From: a virus
Lineage: Duplodnaviria; Caudoviricetes
Direction: 5' to 3' (one strand)
Virus record (IMG/VR): IMGVR_UViG_3300025869_000018
Span: 1-52,994 of that record
DNA: 52,994 nt
This document shows, in pieces, positions 17,537 to 28,181 of the stretch (position 1 is the first letter of the stretch; each line of letters starts with the position of its first letter). The notes under the pieces are model-generated. The model did not search any database, was not told the origin of the DNA, and saw only the letters and a program-made list of their open reading frames with translations. The translations under genes were made by a program, and so were the position numbers.

Positions 17537-20500
17537 TGGCTAGTCAACTAACAGAGAAAGATAAACAATTACTGGATGCAAATCTTCCAACGAAGGTGGG
17601 GTTAAAGCCTTATGAGGATGGCTTATGGGGTTCTCAAGGTAGTAAAGATTTTGTTCATTTACAATTATTTGACGAGAACAACAACCTTATTCAATTTGAA
17701 ACTGTGTCCACTTCTCAATTTGAAATAAATCCTAATAATAATAATATTGAATTTTATCCTGGAAATCACATCAGGAGTTTAGGTTACGAAAGTGGTATAT
17801 TTGTTGTAAGATATAACTTTTTGAGAAAATTAGCTGGTAGTGAAAATCCTGTATTGTTACACACGATAAGTAAAACCGACACTAAGGTTGGCGATGTATA
17901 TACTGATACGAGTAGGATTTACATAACTGATGATTCTATAGTATATTCAGGTACAGAGCAGGAGTATAAGGATAATCCATCTGGTGCAGAAGTATTAGCC
18001 ATAGAAGATTTAAAGTATAGAATAGATGTTATATCTCCAAATAGAACTGAGGTTAGATTAAAAGCTAAGAATATAAATGGTACTTACAAAGATGAGTTTA
18101 TTGATATACAGACTGCTATAATCGTAAAGCAAGTTACTAATAATATTAGTTTTTTAGGTGGTACACTATATGATTCTGTAAACATATCGTTGACTCCTGA
18201 AAATGGTGGCTTTGTATTTACACCCAAAATGATAGACGGAACAATAACAATACCAGATATATTTCAGATAAGTCAAATAGAAGTTCCTGTAAAGACTAAT
18301 ATAAATGCTGTTAAAAATGGAGAGGGCGAAAATATTTTTCTTCAAAACAATGGTGAGCCAGTAGATATAGCAAATTCAAGAGAGTGGGATACTACATTGC
18401 ACGATGACGCAATTAGAGTAGAAAATTGGAGTGATGGGTACAATAGTTTTAGTGGCGGTACTTTTGGGGGAACGGCTCATATAGGTTATCATGCAAAATG
18501 GGTTAAAGAAGAAGGTGTAGTCGGTGGTAATTGCATTAAATTTACAGACCAAAATGCTAGTTTTATAGATTTGCCTGAATGGCCAAACGATCAAAGATAT
18601 CGTTGGTTGGGAATTTCTCAAAAAATTTCTTCATTAAATGGAAAAGGTGTTAAAGATGGCGATATCGCCAGTATAAGCTTTGATATAAGAAGTACGGTGG
18701 CGAATAAAGGAGTTGAGATATCTTTACGATATGCTAATTCTCTTGTTCAAGAAAATATACCTCTAACTGCTCCTGCGGGATTTTATGACCCAAACCAACC
18801 TGGTCCGACTGAAGCTCAACCTACATCTCCACCAGAAGGATATTCTCAAAATAGTATGGCAAGTGCTCAAGCAATACAAACAAAGCCGGATGAAACGGAA
18901 TTACAAATGTTAACCACTCATTCGGATATGGTTTCATTTCAGTCTTATATAAAGCCAATGGCTCCAAATTTTGGATTAAGAGATCCTCAAATCGGCGATA
19001 ACAATGCAAGTACAACTTTACCAAATCAAACCGCTGCTTGGAAAATAGGAAATATATTTGATGATGGTGATGTGGTTTATCAATGGATTCCTGATTTAGA
19101 AGAGGATTTAAAAATAGGAACTAAAAGTTTAGGAGAAGAGTGGGAATGGGATGGTTACTCGTGGTTAGTGTCTCCGACATTAGCTAACTTTCCACCACCA
19201 CCTCCAAATACAGTAAATAATCTCAATGCTGTTAATCACCACCCTTATGTACCCAAAACACAAGGTGTATATAGTAGTAATGACGCTTATTATCCAAGAG
19301 AAAATTTTCCTGGTGAAAATAATGGTTGGCAAACCGCGACAGTAGTTGGAAATAACGCCACTGCTTTACTTTTTAAAGATGATTTAATATGGAAACAAAA
19401 ACACGATAACACAAATAATAATTTATCTAAATTTGATTTTTATACTTTTGATGAATATTTTCCTGCACACATTTATACGCCTCCTGAAGAAGTACTAGAA
19501 ACGTTTAATCCGTTTGAAGCTGCTATATTGGCAAATTCGATTGGTAGAGGAATTAGGGATGTAATTGTTGATGTAGACACCAATAAAAAACTATATGATG
19601 ATATTTTTGAAAAAGGATTTATTCAGAGTGTTACTCGTGGCCCAAATAACGATGGTACTGTTAAAAGTGGCTTATATTTAGTATTTTATAATAACGGAGA
19701 TATCGGTGGGGATGGTATACCAACAGAAGATTCTAACAAATACTTCTACGTTCACAGAAATTATGGAGTTTTAGATACCTACAATGATGGTGTGCTTGTA
19801 CAGTTTTTGAAAGATATTAATGGTGGTTTGAATCAAAAAGTTATAGACAATGAGTTAAAACTAGAGTGGTTTTTTAAAAAAGACGGTAGTAAGTTTAAAT
19901 ATTATATTCATGTTGGTGAAGAATATTATTCAATAAAAGATGCCGACCGTAAAATAAAAGAACAAGATATTACTGGTCCTGATGATGTTAGTGATGGGTT
20001 TCCAGGATCAGAAAATGCTGATGCTATACTAGGAAAAGTTGGTGGGTTTGGAAGATATCGTTACATTATAGGTGACAGGCAACTTAGGTCAAAAAGTAAT
20101 ACTGGCGATGGAACAGACAGAGACAAAGATATAAATGATAAATTTTATAGATGCGGTGAATATATCTCTAAAGATACACCAGTAACATATGGAGTCAGAA
20201 ATATAAGCGCTACAAACTATGGTGTTCAAAACGAAGATGGTGAGGTTATTAATTCTGAAGAGGAGCCTGTATACGACAATGATAATGGTATTTATAATTT
20301 TGAAAACAACCCAACACAAGAAGGAACATTAAGTCCTCTTGGAGTTTGGAAATGGAGTGGTAATTTAGATACAGGATGGGTTACAAATGCTTTAACTCCT
20401 CCAAGGTACAACTATACATCACCAGGAATTACAAAAGCTTGGGTTTCTCCTGAGATAGCCGGCGAATGGGTAAATGTAAGTGCTGAGATACCAATACCAT

Positions 20501-23500
20501 CTGATTGGGAATTAGGTCAAGATTGGTTTTTATATATCTATGGGGATGGTTCTCACACAAATGCTGAAAATGCTTCTGCTTATAGACAACAAGGAGTGGT
20601 TTGGGTAGATAACGTTTCTATAGATTTTATTCTTAAAGACCAATCTGAAACTATACCTGTCTATAAACCTTATAGTGCTCAGATAAAAACCATAAATAAT
20701 GATGGAACTTTAATTACTGTAGACAAAACATTAAGAGAGGCTGCTTTAGAAATAGGAGCCAACGATGATTTTGAAAATGGCGGAGAAGGAGATGGTAATC
20801 CTGATATTTACAACTTAACAGAAAACTTTAATTTTGAAAATTTTAAAGTCACTTATACAAATTTAAATCCAAAGGATTTAAGAACCTATCTTAAATTCGA
20901 AAACAATTTATTTCTAACAACCAATTTTAAATCAGACAGAGTTAGTGTAAGCCAATTTCCTTACTCTATAGTATATAAATTATATGAACCATTACCTGAT
21001 AGTTATGAAAAATTCGATGAATGTATTGTCGTTAAAGAAATGGCAAATCCATTAGAAGAAAAAGTTAGAATAATAGATTTTGTTAATGAAGAAGAGCCAT
21101 CATTAGTTCTTAGGTCTCCTGATTTGAATAATGTAGAAAGTCCAGTACAGAGAAGAGAAACTCAATTCAAAACAGAAGCTGATATATTGACTTCTTCTAC
21201 TACAGTATCGACAGCTCTTAGAAATAAATTTTTAAGTCAAAGTTTAGATAGTGTAGAGATAAATACAGACTATTCTAAATATGAAAATTTTGTAAATTTT
21301 GGTTCAGCTGAAGTTAGGATTAGAAACTTTAAAACAAAGTTAGAAAATATAGAACAATATAAAATAGATAGTGCTTCTTATTCTGGTGTAAGCGGTTCTT
21401 TAGGGGATATGAGTGTTTATCATCATAAAATAATAGATACAGAAAACAAACTTGATAGGTTTGAAAATTATATGTATTTTAAAAGTTCTTCTTACGTTAG
21501 TAGTTCTATTGGAATATTTCATGATAACGCGTGGCCCAAAGCTAGTGGAGAAGGAACTGTAAATAGTCCTTATGTTTTAGCACACACCACATCGTCTCAA
21601 GCTAATACTTGGTTTACAAACGCTGTAAACTCTGCATCACTTTATGATTTAGAAAATAATTCAAAACTAAGTGACATACTTCCTGAACATATAAAAATTG
21701 ATACAAAAAATGATACATATCTAAGATTTACGGATATGATAGGACAACACTTTGATGGTATATGGGAATACATAAATGCAGTTACAGATGTTACTGATAG
21801 AAGGGATAGGTTAGACGAAGGAATTTCAAAAGATTTATTGTACTCAGTTGCTAAGTCTTTAGGTTGGAACTTAAATGATGGAAAAGACTTATTGAGTTTA
21901 TCTAGATATGCTTTGGGTAAAGAGGTAACTGGTTCGGCTTATTCTGATTATTCAGCTACATCTGAACGTGATATATCAAGAGAGATATGGAGTCGTATAA
22001 TAAACAACATGCCTTTTTTCTTAAAGAATAAGGGTACTGTTAGGGCCTTGAAGGGCTTAATAAATGTTTATGGTATCCCATCAACCATTTTAAGGGTTAA
22101 GGAATATGGAGGACCTGCTTTATCAGATGATGCATCTCCACAATTTGAAATAACAAGAAAATTTACGAAAGCTTTAGATTTCAAAGGCGCTCAATCTGTG
22201 AAAGTAGCTTGGGCTGATGATTCAACATCAGGAAGAAAACCTGATACTGTAGAGTTTAGGTTTAGAGCCGCTACTGGTTCAAATCAAATACTTGTAGAAA
22301 AGCAAGATAATAACAATCAAGATTGGTTTATAAGATTAAAGGACAATGGTTCTGTAGACAACTATGGTCAAGTTTCATTTATGTTATCAGGCTCTGCTGT
22401 TGGTAAAGATTTAGGCGAACTTAAAGAAATTACTTCAACATCTTTGCCTGTATATGACGGTGATTTCTATTCGGTTATGGTTAATAGAACTTTAGGAACT
22501 AGCAATACTGCTGTATCCCAATCTTATCAGCTTAGTGTTGGTAAGTATGATGCAAGTAGAAGTAAGATACATTTATATAGTACATCTACTATGGATGTTA
22601 CACAAGCTGCTTCGTCTTCGTTTAGTAATGCTTGGACAGGCAGTGGTGACATTTATATTGGTGGTAGTGGTAGTCTAGCAGATGTGGGGGCTCAGTTTAG
22701 TGGTTCTATTATGGAATACAGACATTGGACAGAGATATTAAATACAGGTTCGTTTAAAAATCATATAGCTAATCCAAAAGCTTACGATGGTAATACTGTA
22801 TCGTCATCTTATAGTAACTTAGTTTTAAGGTATTCATTTGATGACAATAAAGATTTAAGTTCCGATATAGAGGGTATTAGGGATGTTAGTTCAAACCAAA
22901 CCCAAACATTGTCAGGTTCACATAGTGGTTTTACAGGAAACTTTTTTAGAAGTGTTGTTGATGAATTGAAAACTCATATACCAAGCATAGGTGCTTTAAG
23001 AAGAACTACAGACAAAATTAGGATTGAATCTAATAATTTAAAGCCAGGCTTTGCTCTAAGTTCAGAACACAGAGCTACTGATAGTGCTTACGATACCGCT
23101 CCAAGCGATTCGAATAAAGTTGGAATATGGCTCGCTCCTACTGATGTTATAAATAACGATATTATTAACTCCGTAGGTAATTTAAACTTTGAAGATTATT
23201 TGGGTGACCCTAGAGATAAAGAAGAATTGAGCTACAGAGGCTTAAATTATGTAGCTGATAATTACTGGAAAAAATACACAGCGCCAAACAATTTTTGGGA
23301 TTATATGAGAATGATTAAATATTATGACCAATCATTATATCCACAACTGAGAAAATTAATACCAGCTAGAGCAAAGCCAGATATTGGATTGTTAATAGAA
23401 CCTAATATCTTTGAAAGACCAAAAGTTGTCGTTGGTAAAACTCCTGATTTAGAAAATACGTATTTTAGCTCTTCTATAGACATAGGAAAAGAATTTGTGC

Positions 23501-24444
23501 GTGTAACAAGTTCATTTAACGCTGGGTTACCAATAACTAATTATGATGCATATACAGCTAACATTGATGTCTATAGTTATACAACCGGCTCATCTGTTAT
23601 CTCATCTAGTGCCGAAAATTTACTTTATGAGGCTAGTAGTTCAGAAGCTAGAGATATTTTTATAGAAAGAAGCATTTGGCAAAGACTGAATGATAATGAC
23701 GAATTTTATTCAAACGTAACAATGTCTTTTGGAGACACATTAAATGGAGTAAAGGGTGGTAAACAAGTATTCGTAAGCGGTTCTAGAGTGTATGGAATAA
23801 ATGAAAGAACTTCAAATTTTTATACTTCATCAGCCGATGCTTTAATATTCAATGAAAACTCTTCATCCTTTCACAATACGGATTTAGATAACTTTAGTCA
23901 CCTAACTCAAGGACTTAGAAATTCATTTTACATTGGAGTTAAGAATACTAAAAAAACTACATCAGATAACAATTCTCCTGTAGAGGTAATAATATCAGCA
24001 CCAACTAAACTTGTAACAACTGACCAAGGAGGATCTTCGTTGGATACAGGAGATGGTATAGTTCCAGATTTTAAAGAGGGTGATGATAAAGACGAAAAGG
24101 TACTAAGTAAAACATACGAAGAATTACAAATAAAAAATAAAGGTAAGAAGTTTGGACTCAAATCATTAAGCAAAACTTCAGAAAGCGATATGGATAGGAT
24201 AAAGAAAAAGAAAAAGAAAAAGATTAAGAAACTATCGGATGAAGGTAAATTAATTTTAGAGAAAACTCCCGATGATAAACAAATTAAGTTTGAAAATGTA
24301 TCAAAATCTATAGAAGAATTGATGGAAGTCGAAAGTAATGAAATACTAAAAAAACAGGTAGATAAACTGAAAGAAGATGGTATACTGAACGAAAAGCAGG
24401 TTGAAAAATTAATCGATGATGGTGTATTGAAAAATGAGAAATAA
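17536..24444 (+). CDS. Large baseplate/tail protein (2302 aa) with gp7-like segment and LamG/ConA-like domain
   Basis: FLKNKGTVRALKGLINVYGIP...VKEYGG resembles the baseplate I/gp7 motif; TVEFRF...IYIGG...FSGSIMEYRHW is LamG-like. Confidence 0.7.
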   Translation: MASQLTEKDKQLLDANLPTKVGLKPYEDGLWGSQGSKDFVHLQLFDENNNLIQFETVSTSQFEINPNNNNIEFYPGNHIRSLGYESGIFVVRYNFLRKLAGSENPVLLHTISKTDTKVGDVYTDTSRIYITDDSIVYSGTEQEYKDNPSGAEVLAIEDLKYRIDVISPNRTEVRLKAKNINGTYKDEFIDIQTAIIVKQVTNNISFLGGTLYDSVNISLTPENGGFVFTPKMIDGTITIPDIFQISQIEVPVKTNINAVKNGEGENIFLQNNGEPVDIANSREWDTTLHDDAIRVENWSDGYNSFSGGTFGGTAHIGYHAKWVKEEGVVGGNCIKFTDQNASFIDLPEWPNDQRYRWLGISQKISSLNGKGVKDGDIASISFDIRSTVANKGVEISLRYANSLVQENIPLTAPAGFYDPNQPGPTEAQPTSPPEGYSQNSMASAQAIQTKPDETELQMLTTHSDMVSFQSYIKPMAPNFGLRDPQIGDNNASTTLPNQTAAWKIGNIFDDGDVVYQWIPDLEEDLKIGTKSLGEEWEWDGYSWLVSPTLANFPPPPPNTVNNLNAVNHHPYVPKTQGVYSSNDAYYPRENFPGENNGWQTATVVGNNATALLFKDDLIWKQKHDNTNNNLSKFDFYTFDEYFPAHIYTPPEEVLETFNPFEAAILANSIGRGIRDVIVDVDTNKKLYDDIFEKGFIQSVTRGPNNDGTVKSGLYLVFYNNGDIGGDGIPTEDSNKYFYVHRNYGVLDTYNDGVLVQFLKDINGGLNQKVIDNELKLEWFFKKDGSKFKYYIHVGEEYYSIKDADRKIKEQDITGPDDVSDGFPGSENADAILGKVGGFGRYRYIIGDRQLRSKSNTGDGTDRDKDINDKFYRCGEYISKDTPVTYGVRNISATNYGVQNEDGEVINSEEEPVYDNDNGIYNFENNPTQEGTLSPLGVWKWSGNLDTGWVTNALTPPRYNYTSPGITKAWVSPEIAGEWVNVSAEIPIPSDWELGQDWFLYIYGDGSHTNAENASAYRQQGVVWVDNVSIDFILKDQSETIPVYKPYSAQIKTINNDGTLITVDKTLREAALEIGANDDFENGGEGDGNPDIYNLTENFNFENFKVTYTNLNPKDLRTYLKFENNLFLTTNFKSDRVSVSQFPYSIVYKLYEPLPDSYEKFDECIVVKEMANPLEEKVRIIDFVNEEEPSLVLRSPDLNNVESPVQRRETQFKTEADILTSSTTVSTALRNKFLSQSLDSVEINTDYSKYENFVNFGSAEVRIRNFKTKLENIEQYKIDSASYSGVSGSLGDMSVYHHKIIDTENKLDRFENYMYFKSSSYVSSSIGIFHDNAWPKASGEGTVNSPYVLAHTTSSQANTWFTNAVNSASLYDLENNSKLSDILPEHIKIDTKNDTYLRFTDMIGQHFDGIWEYINAVTDVTDRRDRLDEGISKDLLYSVAKSLGWNLNDGKDLLSLSRYALGKEVTGSAYSDYSATSERDISREIWSRIINNMPFFLKNKGTVRALKGLINVYGIPSTILRVKEYGGPALSDDASPQFEITRKFTKALDFKGAQSVKVAWADDSTSGRKPDTVEFRFRAATGSNQILVEKQDNNNQDWFIRLKDNGSVDNYGQVSFMLSGSAVGKDLGELKEITSTSLPVYDGDFYSVMVNRTLGTSNTAVSQSYQLSVGKYDASRSKIHLYSTSTMDVTQAASSSFSNAWTGSGDIYIGGSGSLADVGAQFSGSIMEYRHWTEILNTGSFKNHIANPKAYDGNTVSSSYSNLVLRYSFDDNKDLSSDIEGIRDVSSNQTQTLSGSHSGFTGNFFRSVVDELKTHIPSIGALRRTTDKIRIESNNLKPGFALSSEHRATDSAYDTAPSDSNKVGIWLAPTDVINNDIINSVGNLNFEDYLGDPRDKEELSYRGLNYVADNYWKKYTAPNNFWDYMRMIKYYDQSLYPQLRKLIPARAKPDIGLLIEPNIFERPKVVVGKTPDLENTYFSSSIDIGKEFVRVTSSFNAGLPITNYDAYTANIDVYSYTTGSSVISSSAENLLYEASSSEARDIFIERSIWQRLNDNDEFYSNVTMSFGDTLNGVKGGKQVFVSGSRVYGINERTSNFYTSSADALIFNENSSSFHNTDLDNFSHLTQGLRNSFYIGVKNTKKTTSDNNSPVEVIISAPTKLVTTDQGGSSLDTGDGIVPDFKEGDDKDEKVLSKTYEELQIKNKGKKFGLKSLSKTSESDMDRIKKKKKKKIKKLSDEGKLILEKTPDDKQIKFENVSKSIEELMEVESNEILKKQVDKLKEDGILNEKQVEKLIDDGVLKNEK

Positions 24445-24526
24445 ATAACAAAAATTTAATATTGTGATATTTATATATGAATCACATTAAACAAAAATTT
24501 CAAAAAAAATATATTAGGAGTAAATT

Positions 24527-25171
24527 ATGGGATTTCTAAACAACACTACTGTAACTGTAGACGCTATATTAACTAAAAAAGGTCGTGAGTTATTAGCACA
24601 AGGTACAGAAGCATTTAATATTACAAAATTTGCATTAGCAGATGATGAAATAGATTACAACTTATTTGATGTATCGCATCCAAATGGTAGTGACTTCTAT
24701 GGTAAGGTAATTGAGAATATGCCACTTTTAGAGGCAATACCCGATGAAAATCACGTTATGAGATATAAGCTCGTCACACTTCCTAAAAATAGTATTAAAA
24801 TGCCAATTGTTTCAGAATTAGCAGCAATAACTTTTAAAATTGATGATGGATTGCAAGGTCAATCTCCTGTAGTTGAACCAAATACCAGAAATGTCAATGA
24901 TTCTTCATATACTTTTATATTACACGATCAATCAGTCTGTACTATGACGGTAGAATCAGCGGCTGGTGGTAATGTTGGTGCTACTACACCATTCTTTTTA
25001 GGAGATGATGATGCTCCAAACAGTAAGACATTAACTGCTAAGTCTGTTAGAATCGGTGTATCTCCTGTAGATAAGAAAAAGGTTACTCAACTTACTATAA
25101 TCGGTAATGATACAGGCGCTACGACATCTATAACAATAACTAACCCTGTAACAATATCATCATTGAGTTAA
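24527..25171 (+). CDS. Virion structural protein (baseplate / tail-fibre attachment)
   Basis: AILTKKGRELLA...ITKFALADDEIDY resembles the N-terminus of tail-collar fibre proteins. Confidence 0.65.
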   Translation: MGFLNNTTVTVDAILTKKGRELLAQGTEAFNITKFALADDEIDYNLFDVSHPNGSDFYGKVIENMPLLEAIPDENHVMRYKLVTLPKNSIKMPIVSELAAITFKIDDGLQGQSPVVEPNTRNVNDSSYTFILHDQSVCTMTVESAAGGNVGATTPFFLGDDDAPNSKTLTAKSVRIGVSPVDKKKVTQLTIIGNDTGATTSITITNPVTISSLS

Positions 25172-25181
25172 GGAGTAAAAA

Positions 25182-26243
25182 ATGGCAATTTATAAAACAT
25201 TAAATATAGAAGAGGAAAATTCCTTAGTATCAAGCGATGTTGTAACTAACGTAAAAGATGTAGTTTCATCTGGAATGTGGGCAGATGGAGCAGGAACACT
25301 AACTTCTTTCTTCACATCTTCAACGCAGAGTTCCAGTAACCATCAGTATTTTTTAGATGTACATGCAGCAGATCCACAATCGGATTCAACTGCTAAACCA
25401 CAATTTTCAGTAGCTTATGGACATTTCAATGGAAGTGGTTCTGCTGGTGCCATAGGAGTTGATGGTAATAGAGCATCAGCTGCTATATACAGACAGTTAG
25501 CTAATACTCTTTTAGGACCAAATGAAGAAAAATTTAGTTTTGCTGCTTCGGATGGCGCTCACACAAAACCTGAATTTGTTTATGCAATATCAATTGCTAG
25601 ACAACAACTTCGTGAGAAGATGGATCCAGGCAATTGGGAGCTACATTTAAGTGGTAGTGGTGGACCAGATAATGTGATGAAATTAATTGACGATAGCAAT
25701 GCTACTACAAATCCTGAAATAAATCAAGGTGGTAGAGTATTTAACATAGTTTCAGGCTCTATTAGCGGTGGTACTGCTACTACAAAGATTCCAGCTACTT
25801 CTCAACCAGGTGGTGGTCTTGGATTATTTTATCCTGATATGGGTATTTTAATACTCAATGGACCTGTAATTTCATCTCCAATGTCAGCCTCATTATCTGC
25901 TTCTGTTGCTTCTAACACAGAAGGTGGAAATGTAGGTAAATTTTATGAAAAAATTGAATTGGGCAGTTACTTTCAGGCAAGAAGAGAAGAAGTAATAAGC
26001 TCACAACATTATTTTTGTAGAGTTCCTAATAAAGAGTTTAACTTTAGTTCAAATCCAACATTTACTTCTGGATCTCAAGGTAATTTTACAGTTCCAACTT
26101 TTTATAGAAATCCAAAATCTTTTATAACACAAGTCGGATTGTACAATGACAATAATGAACTTTTGGCTATTGCCAAATTGAGTAAACCATTACTAAAATC
26201 TTATTCAAGAGAAGCTATAATCAAAGTTAAATTAGACTTTTAA
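25182..26243 (+). CDS. Virion structural protein
   Basis: C-terminal ITQVGLYNDNNELLAIAKLSKP motif; paralogue of the next gene. Confidence 0.7.
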   Translation: MAIYKTLNIEEENSLVSSDVVTNVKDVVSSGMWADGAGTLTSFFTSSTQSSSNHQYFLDVHAADPQSDSTAKPQFSVAYGHFNGSGSAGAIGVDGNRASAAIYRQLANTLLGPNEEKFSFAASDGAHTKPEFVYAISIARQQLREKMDPGNWELHLSGSGGPDNVMKLIDDSNATTNPEINQGGRVFNIVSGSISGGTATTKIPATSQPGGGLGLFYPDMGILILNGPVISSPMSASLSASVASNTEGGNVGKFYEKIELGSYFQARREEVISSQHYFCRVPNKEFNFSSNPTFTSGSQGNFTVPTFYRNPKSFITQVGLYNDNNELLAIAKLSKPLLKSYSREAIIKVKLDF

Positions 26244-26260
26244 CTTGGGAGATATAGGTC

Positions 26261-27259
26261 ATGTTTAAGAGACTCGACCCAAGAGACATTAATGTAACAC
26301 CATTTAAAGCTCATAAAGAGTTTACTGTCACTAATGTAGATAGTGGTAGTGGTGTATATGGTTTTAGAGCTATTAGTTCAAGTGCACATAATTTTGATAC
26401 TGATACAGCACATAATTTTGATACTGATACAGCACCAAAGACAACTTTTGATTCTGCTAGTTTTTACCAAATGCCAAGTTGGTTTATGATTAACCAATTG
26501 TATTATCGTGATACTGAAAATTACTACAATCATTTAGGTTATAGTAACAATACTCAGTATAAATTACTTCAGCCATCCGCTTCTATTATCTCAGTATCCA
26601 AAGACTTATTTGGCGAAAGAATAAAACCAAAATCTATTACATTAACAGATGACAGTACTTCTGCTACAGTTACGATCGTGGATGATGGTAAAGGTAATCT
26701 TTACGACAATGATTTTTCATCAAGCTTTGCTGAATTTGCTGCTGGACAGTTTGAAGATTCTGATATAATAAAATCTACTGGTAGTTTTGCCGGCAATGTC
26801 TTTTATGAACAAGGGTTATTAGTGTTCACAAATACAGGATCTAGATTTGTAGATATCGGAACTGGTTTAGGAACTGATGGTTATAGTTTGAGATATAAGT
26901 CTCAAACAACTATCAGAGAACATTCATATACTTGTGTAATAGGCGAAGGTGAAATGAATACTACAAATAATATTTCAGTTACCTTTGAAAGAAGTGGTAG
27001 TATAAATGTTTCTGGCTCTGATAGTTGGAGATTGTTTCCTCCTGGTCACGCAGCTGCTAAATCAGGCTCTTACAAACACTACTATGGAGCAGCCGGTAAG
27101 TATGAAAACTTCGTAACACATTCTAATTTTGAACCATACATTACTAAGGTTGGTTTATATAATGATTTTAATGAGCTTATAGCTATTGGACAATTAGCTA
27201 AGCCTGTAAAAAATGATAAAGAGTTAGCTTTAGATATAAATGTAAGGTTTGATGTATAA
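26261..27259 (+). CDS. Virion structural protein (paralogue of 25182..26243)
   Basis: ITKVGLYNDFNELIAIGQLAKP; contains an in-frame 24-nt duplication. Confidence 0.7.
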   Translation: MFKRLDPRDINVTPFKAHKEFTVTNVDSGSGVYGFRAISSSAHNFDTDTAHNFDTDTAPKTTFDSASFYQMPSWFMINQLYYRDTENYYNHLGYSNNTQYKLLQPSASIISVSKDLFGERIKPKSITLTDDSTSATVTIVDDGKGNLYDNDFSSSFAEFAAGQFEDSDIIKSTGSFAGNVFYEQGLLVFTNTGSRFVDIGTGLGTDGYSLRYKSQTTIREHSYTCVIGEGEMNTTNNISVTFERSGSINVSGSDSWRLFPPGHAAAKSGSYKHYYGAAGKYENFVTHSNFEPYITKVGLYNDFNELIAIGQLAKPVKNDKELALDINVRFDV

Positions 27260-27645
27260 TGGGTAAGTTTAAAAGGATGATGGAAGTTTCTTTTCTAATG
27301 GAAAGAATGGATTATCAAGACACTGCATCCCAATTAGTAAAGCAGTATGGATTGAAGTCTAAAATTAAATTTGGTAGTGGAAAGAATTTTGGTGAATACA
27401 TTCCTGAAACCGATACAATAACTCTTAGAAAATCATATCCATCTGTAAAAGAATTTCTGATGACTATATTACACGAAATAGGACATGCACTTGATGCTAA
27501 ACGAATAGGTGTAAATAAGTATATAAAGAAATACACACAAGCAGGAACAATGGCTGCTTATGATGGATTAGATCCTCACGATGATAATAAGTGGGAAGAG
27601 AAAGCAGAAAAGTTTGCTGAAAAAGAATTATCAAAATGGTTATAA
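27259..27645 (+). CDS. Zincin-like metallopeptidase domain protein
   Basis: TILHEIGHALD (HExxH) and downstream WEEKAE. Confidence 0.75.
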   Translation: MGKFKRMMEVSFLMERMDYQDTASQLVKQYGLKSKIKFGSGKNFGEYIPETDTITLRKSYPSVKEFLMTILHEIGHALDAKRIGVNKYIKKYTQAGTMAAYDGLDPHDDNKWEEKAEKFAEKELSKWL

Positions 27646-27769
27646 ATAAAATCGTATAATAGTTTTTTTCTGTATATATATTACTGTGTTAACATACAAT
27701 TTGGTTTTAAAAAATTCTATTAGGTTTTTTAATAAGAAATCTTTGCCCTGAATTAACCAAATCTTAGTT

Positions 27770-27818
27770 AAGTATTAACAAGTAACAAGTACAAGTATAA
27801 GTACAAGTAAAACAAGTA
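27770..27818 (+). repeat. Seven closely spaced AAGTA units in an intergenic spacer
   Basis: Copies start at 27770, 27780, 27787, 27793, 27799, 27805 and 27814. Confidence 0.7.
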
Positions 27819-27824
27819 TAACTT

Positions 27825-28181
27825 ATGAAATCAAGAAGTGCCAAGAACAAAGGCAAAAGACTTCAGAACAATGTAAGAGATCTTTTGTTAGAAACATTTA
27901 ATCAATTAGAGCCCGATGATATTAAATCAGCTATTATGGGTGAATCAGGAGAAGACATCAAATTATCTCCAGCGGCTCGAAGACTAATCCCTTATTCATT
28001 CGAATGTAAGAATCAAGAAGCATTAAACATATGGTCATCATTAGAACAAGCAGAAACAAATAGTGGTGATTACGATCCTGTTTTGATATTTAAAAGAAAC
28101 AGAACTAAAACATACGCAGTTATTAACATAGAAAAATTTATAGAGCTAATCAATGAGTCAAATAGTAAGTCTACTAAATAG
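27825..28181 (+). CDS. Holliday junction resolvase-like PD-(D/E)XK nuclease
   Basis: SAKNKGKRLQ, GESGEDI, SFECKNQE, PVLIFKRNR. Confidence 0.8.
   Translation: MKSRSAKNKGKRLQNNVRDLLLETFNQLEPDDIKSAIMGESGEDIKLSPAARRLIPYSFECKNQEALNIWSSLEQAETNSGDYDPVLIFKRNRTKTYAVINIEKFIELINESNSKSTK

Noticed and set aside
27770-27818. CRISPR array
   Set aside because: Units are 5 nt with no spacers; no repeat-spacer array or cas gene was seen anywhere in the window.
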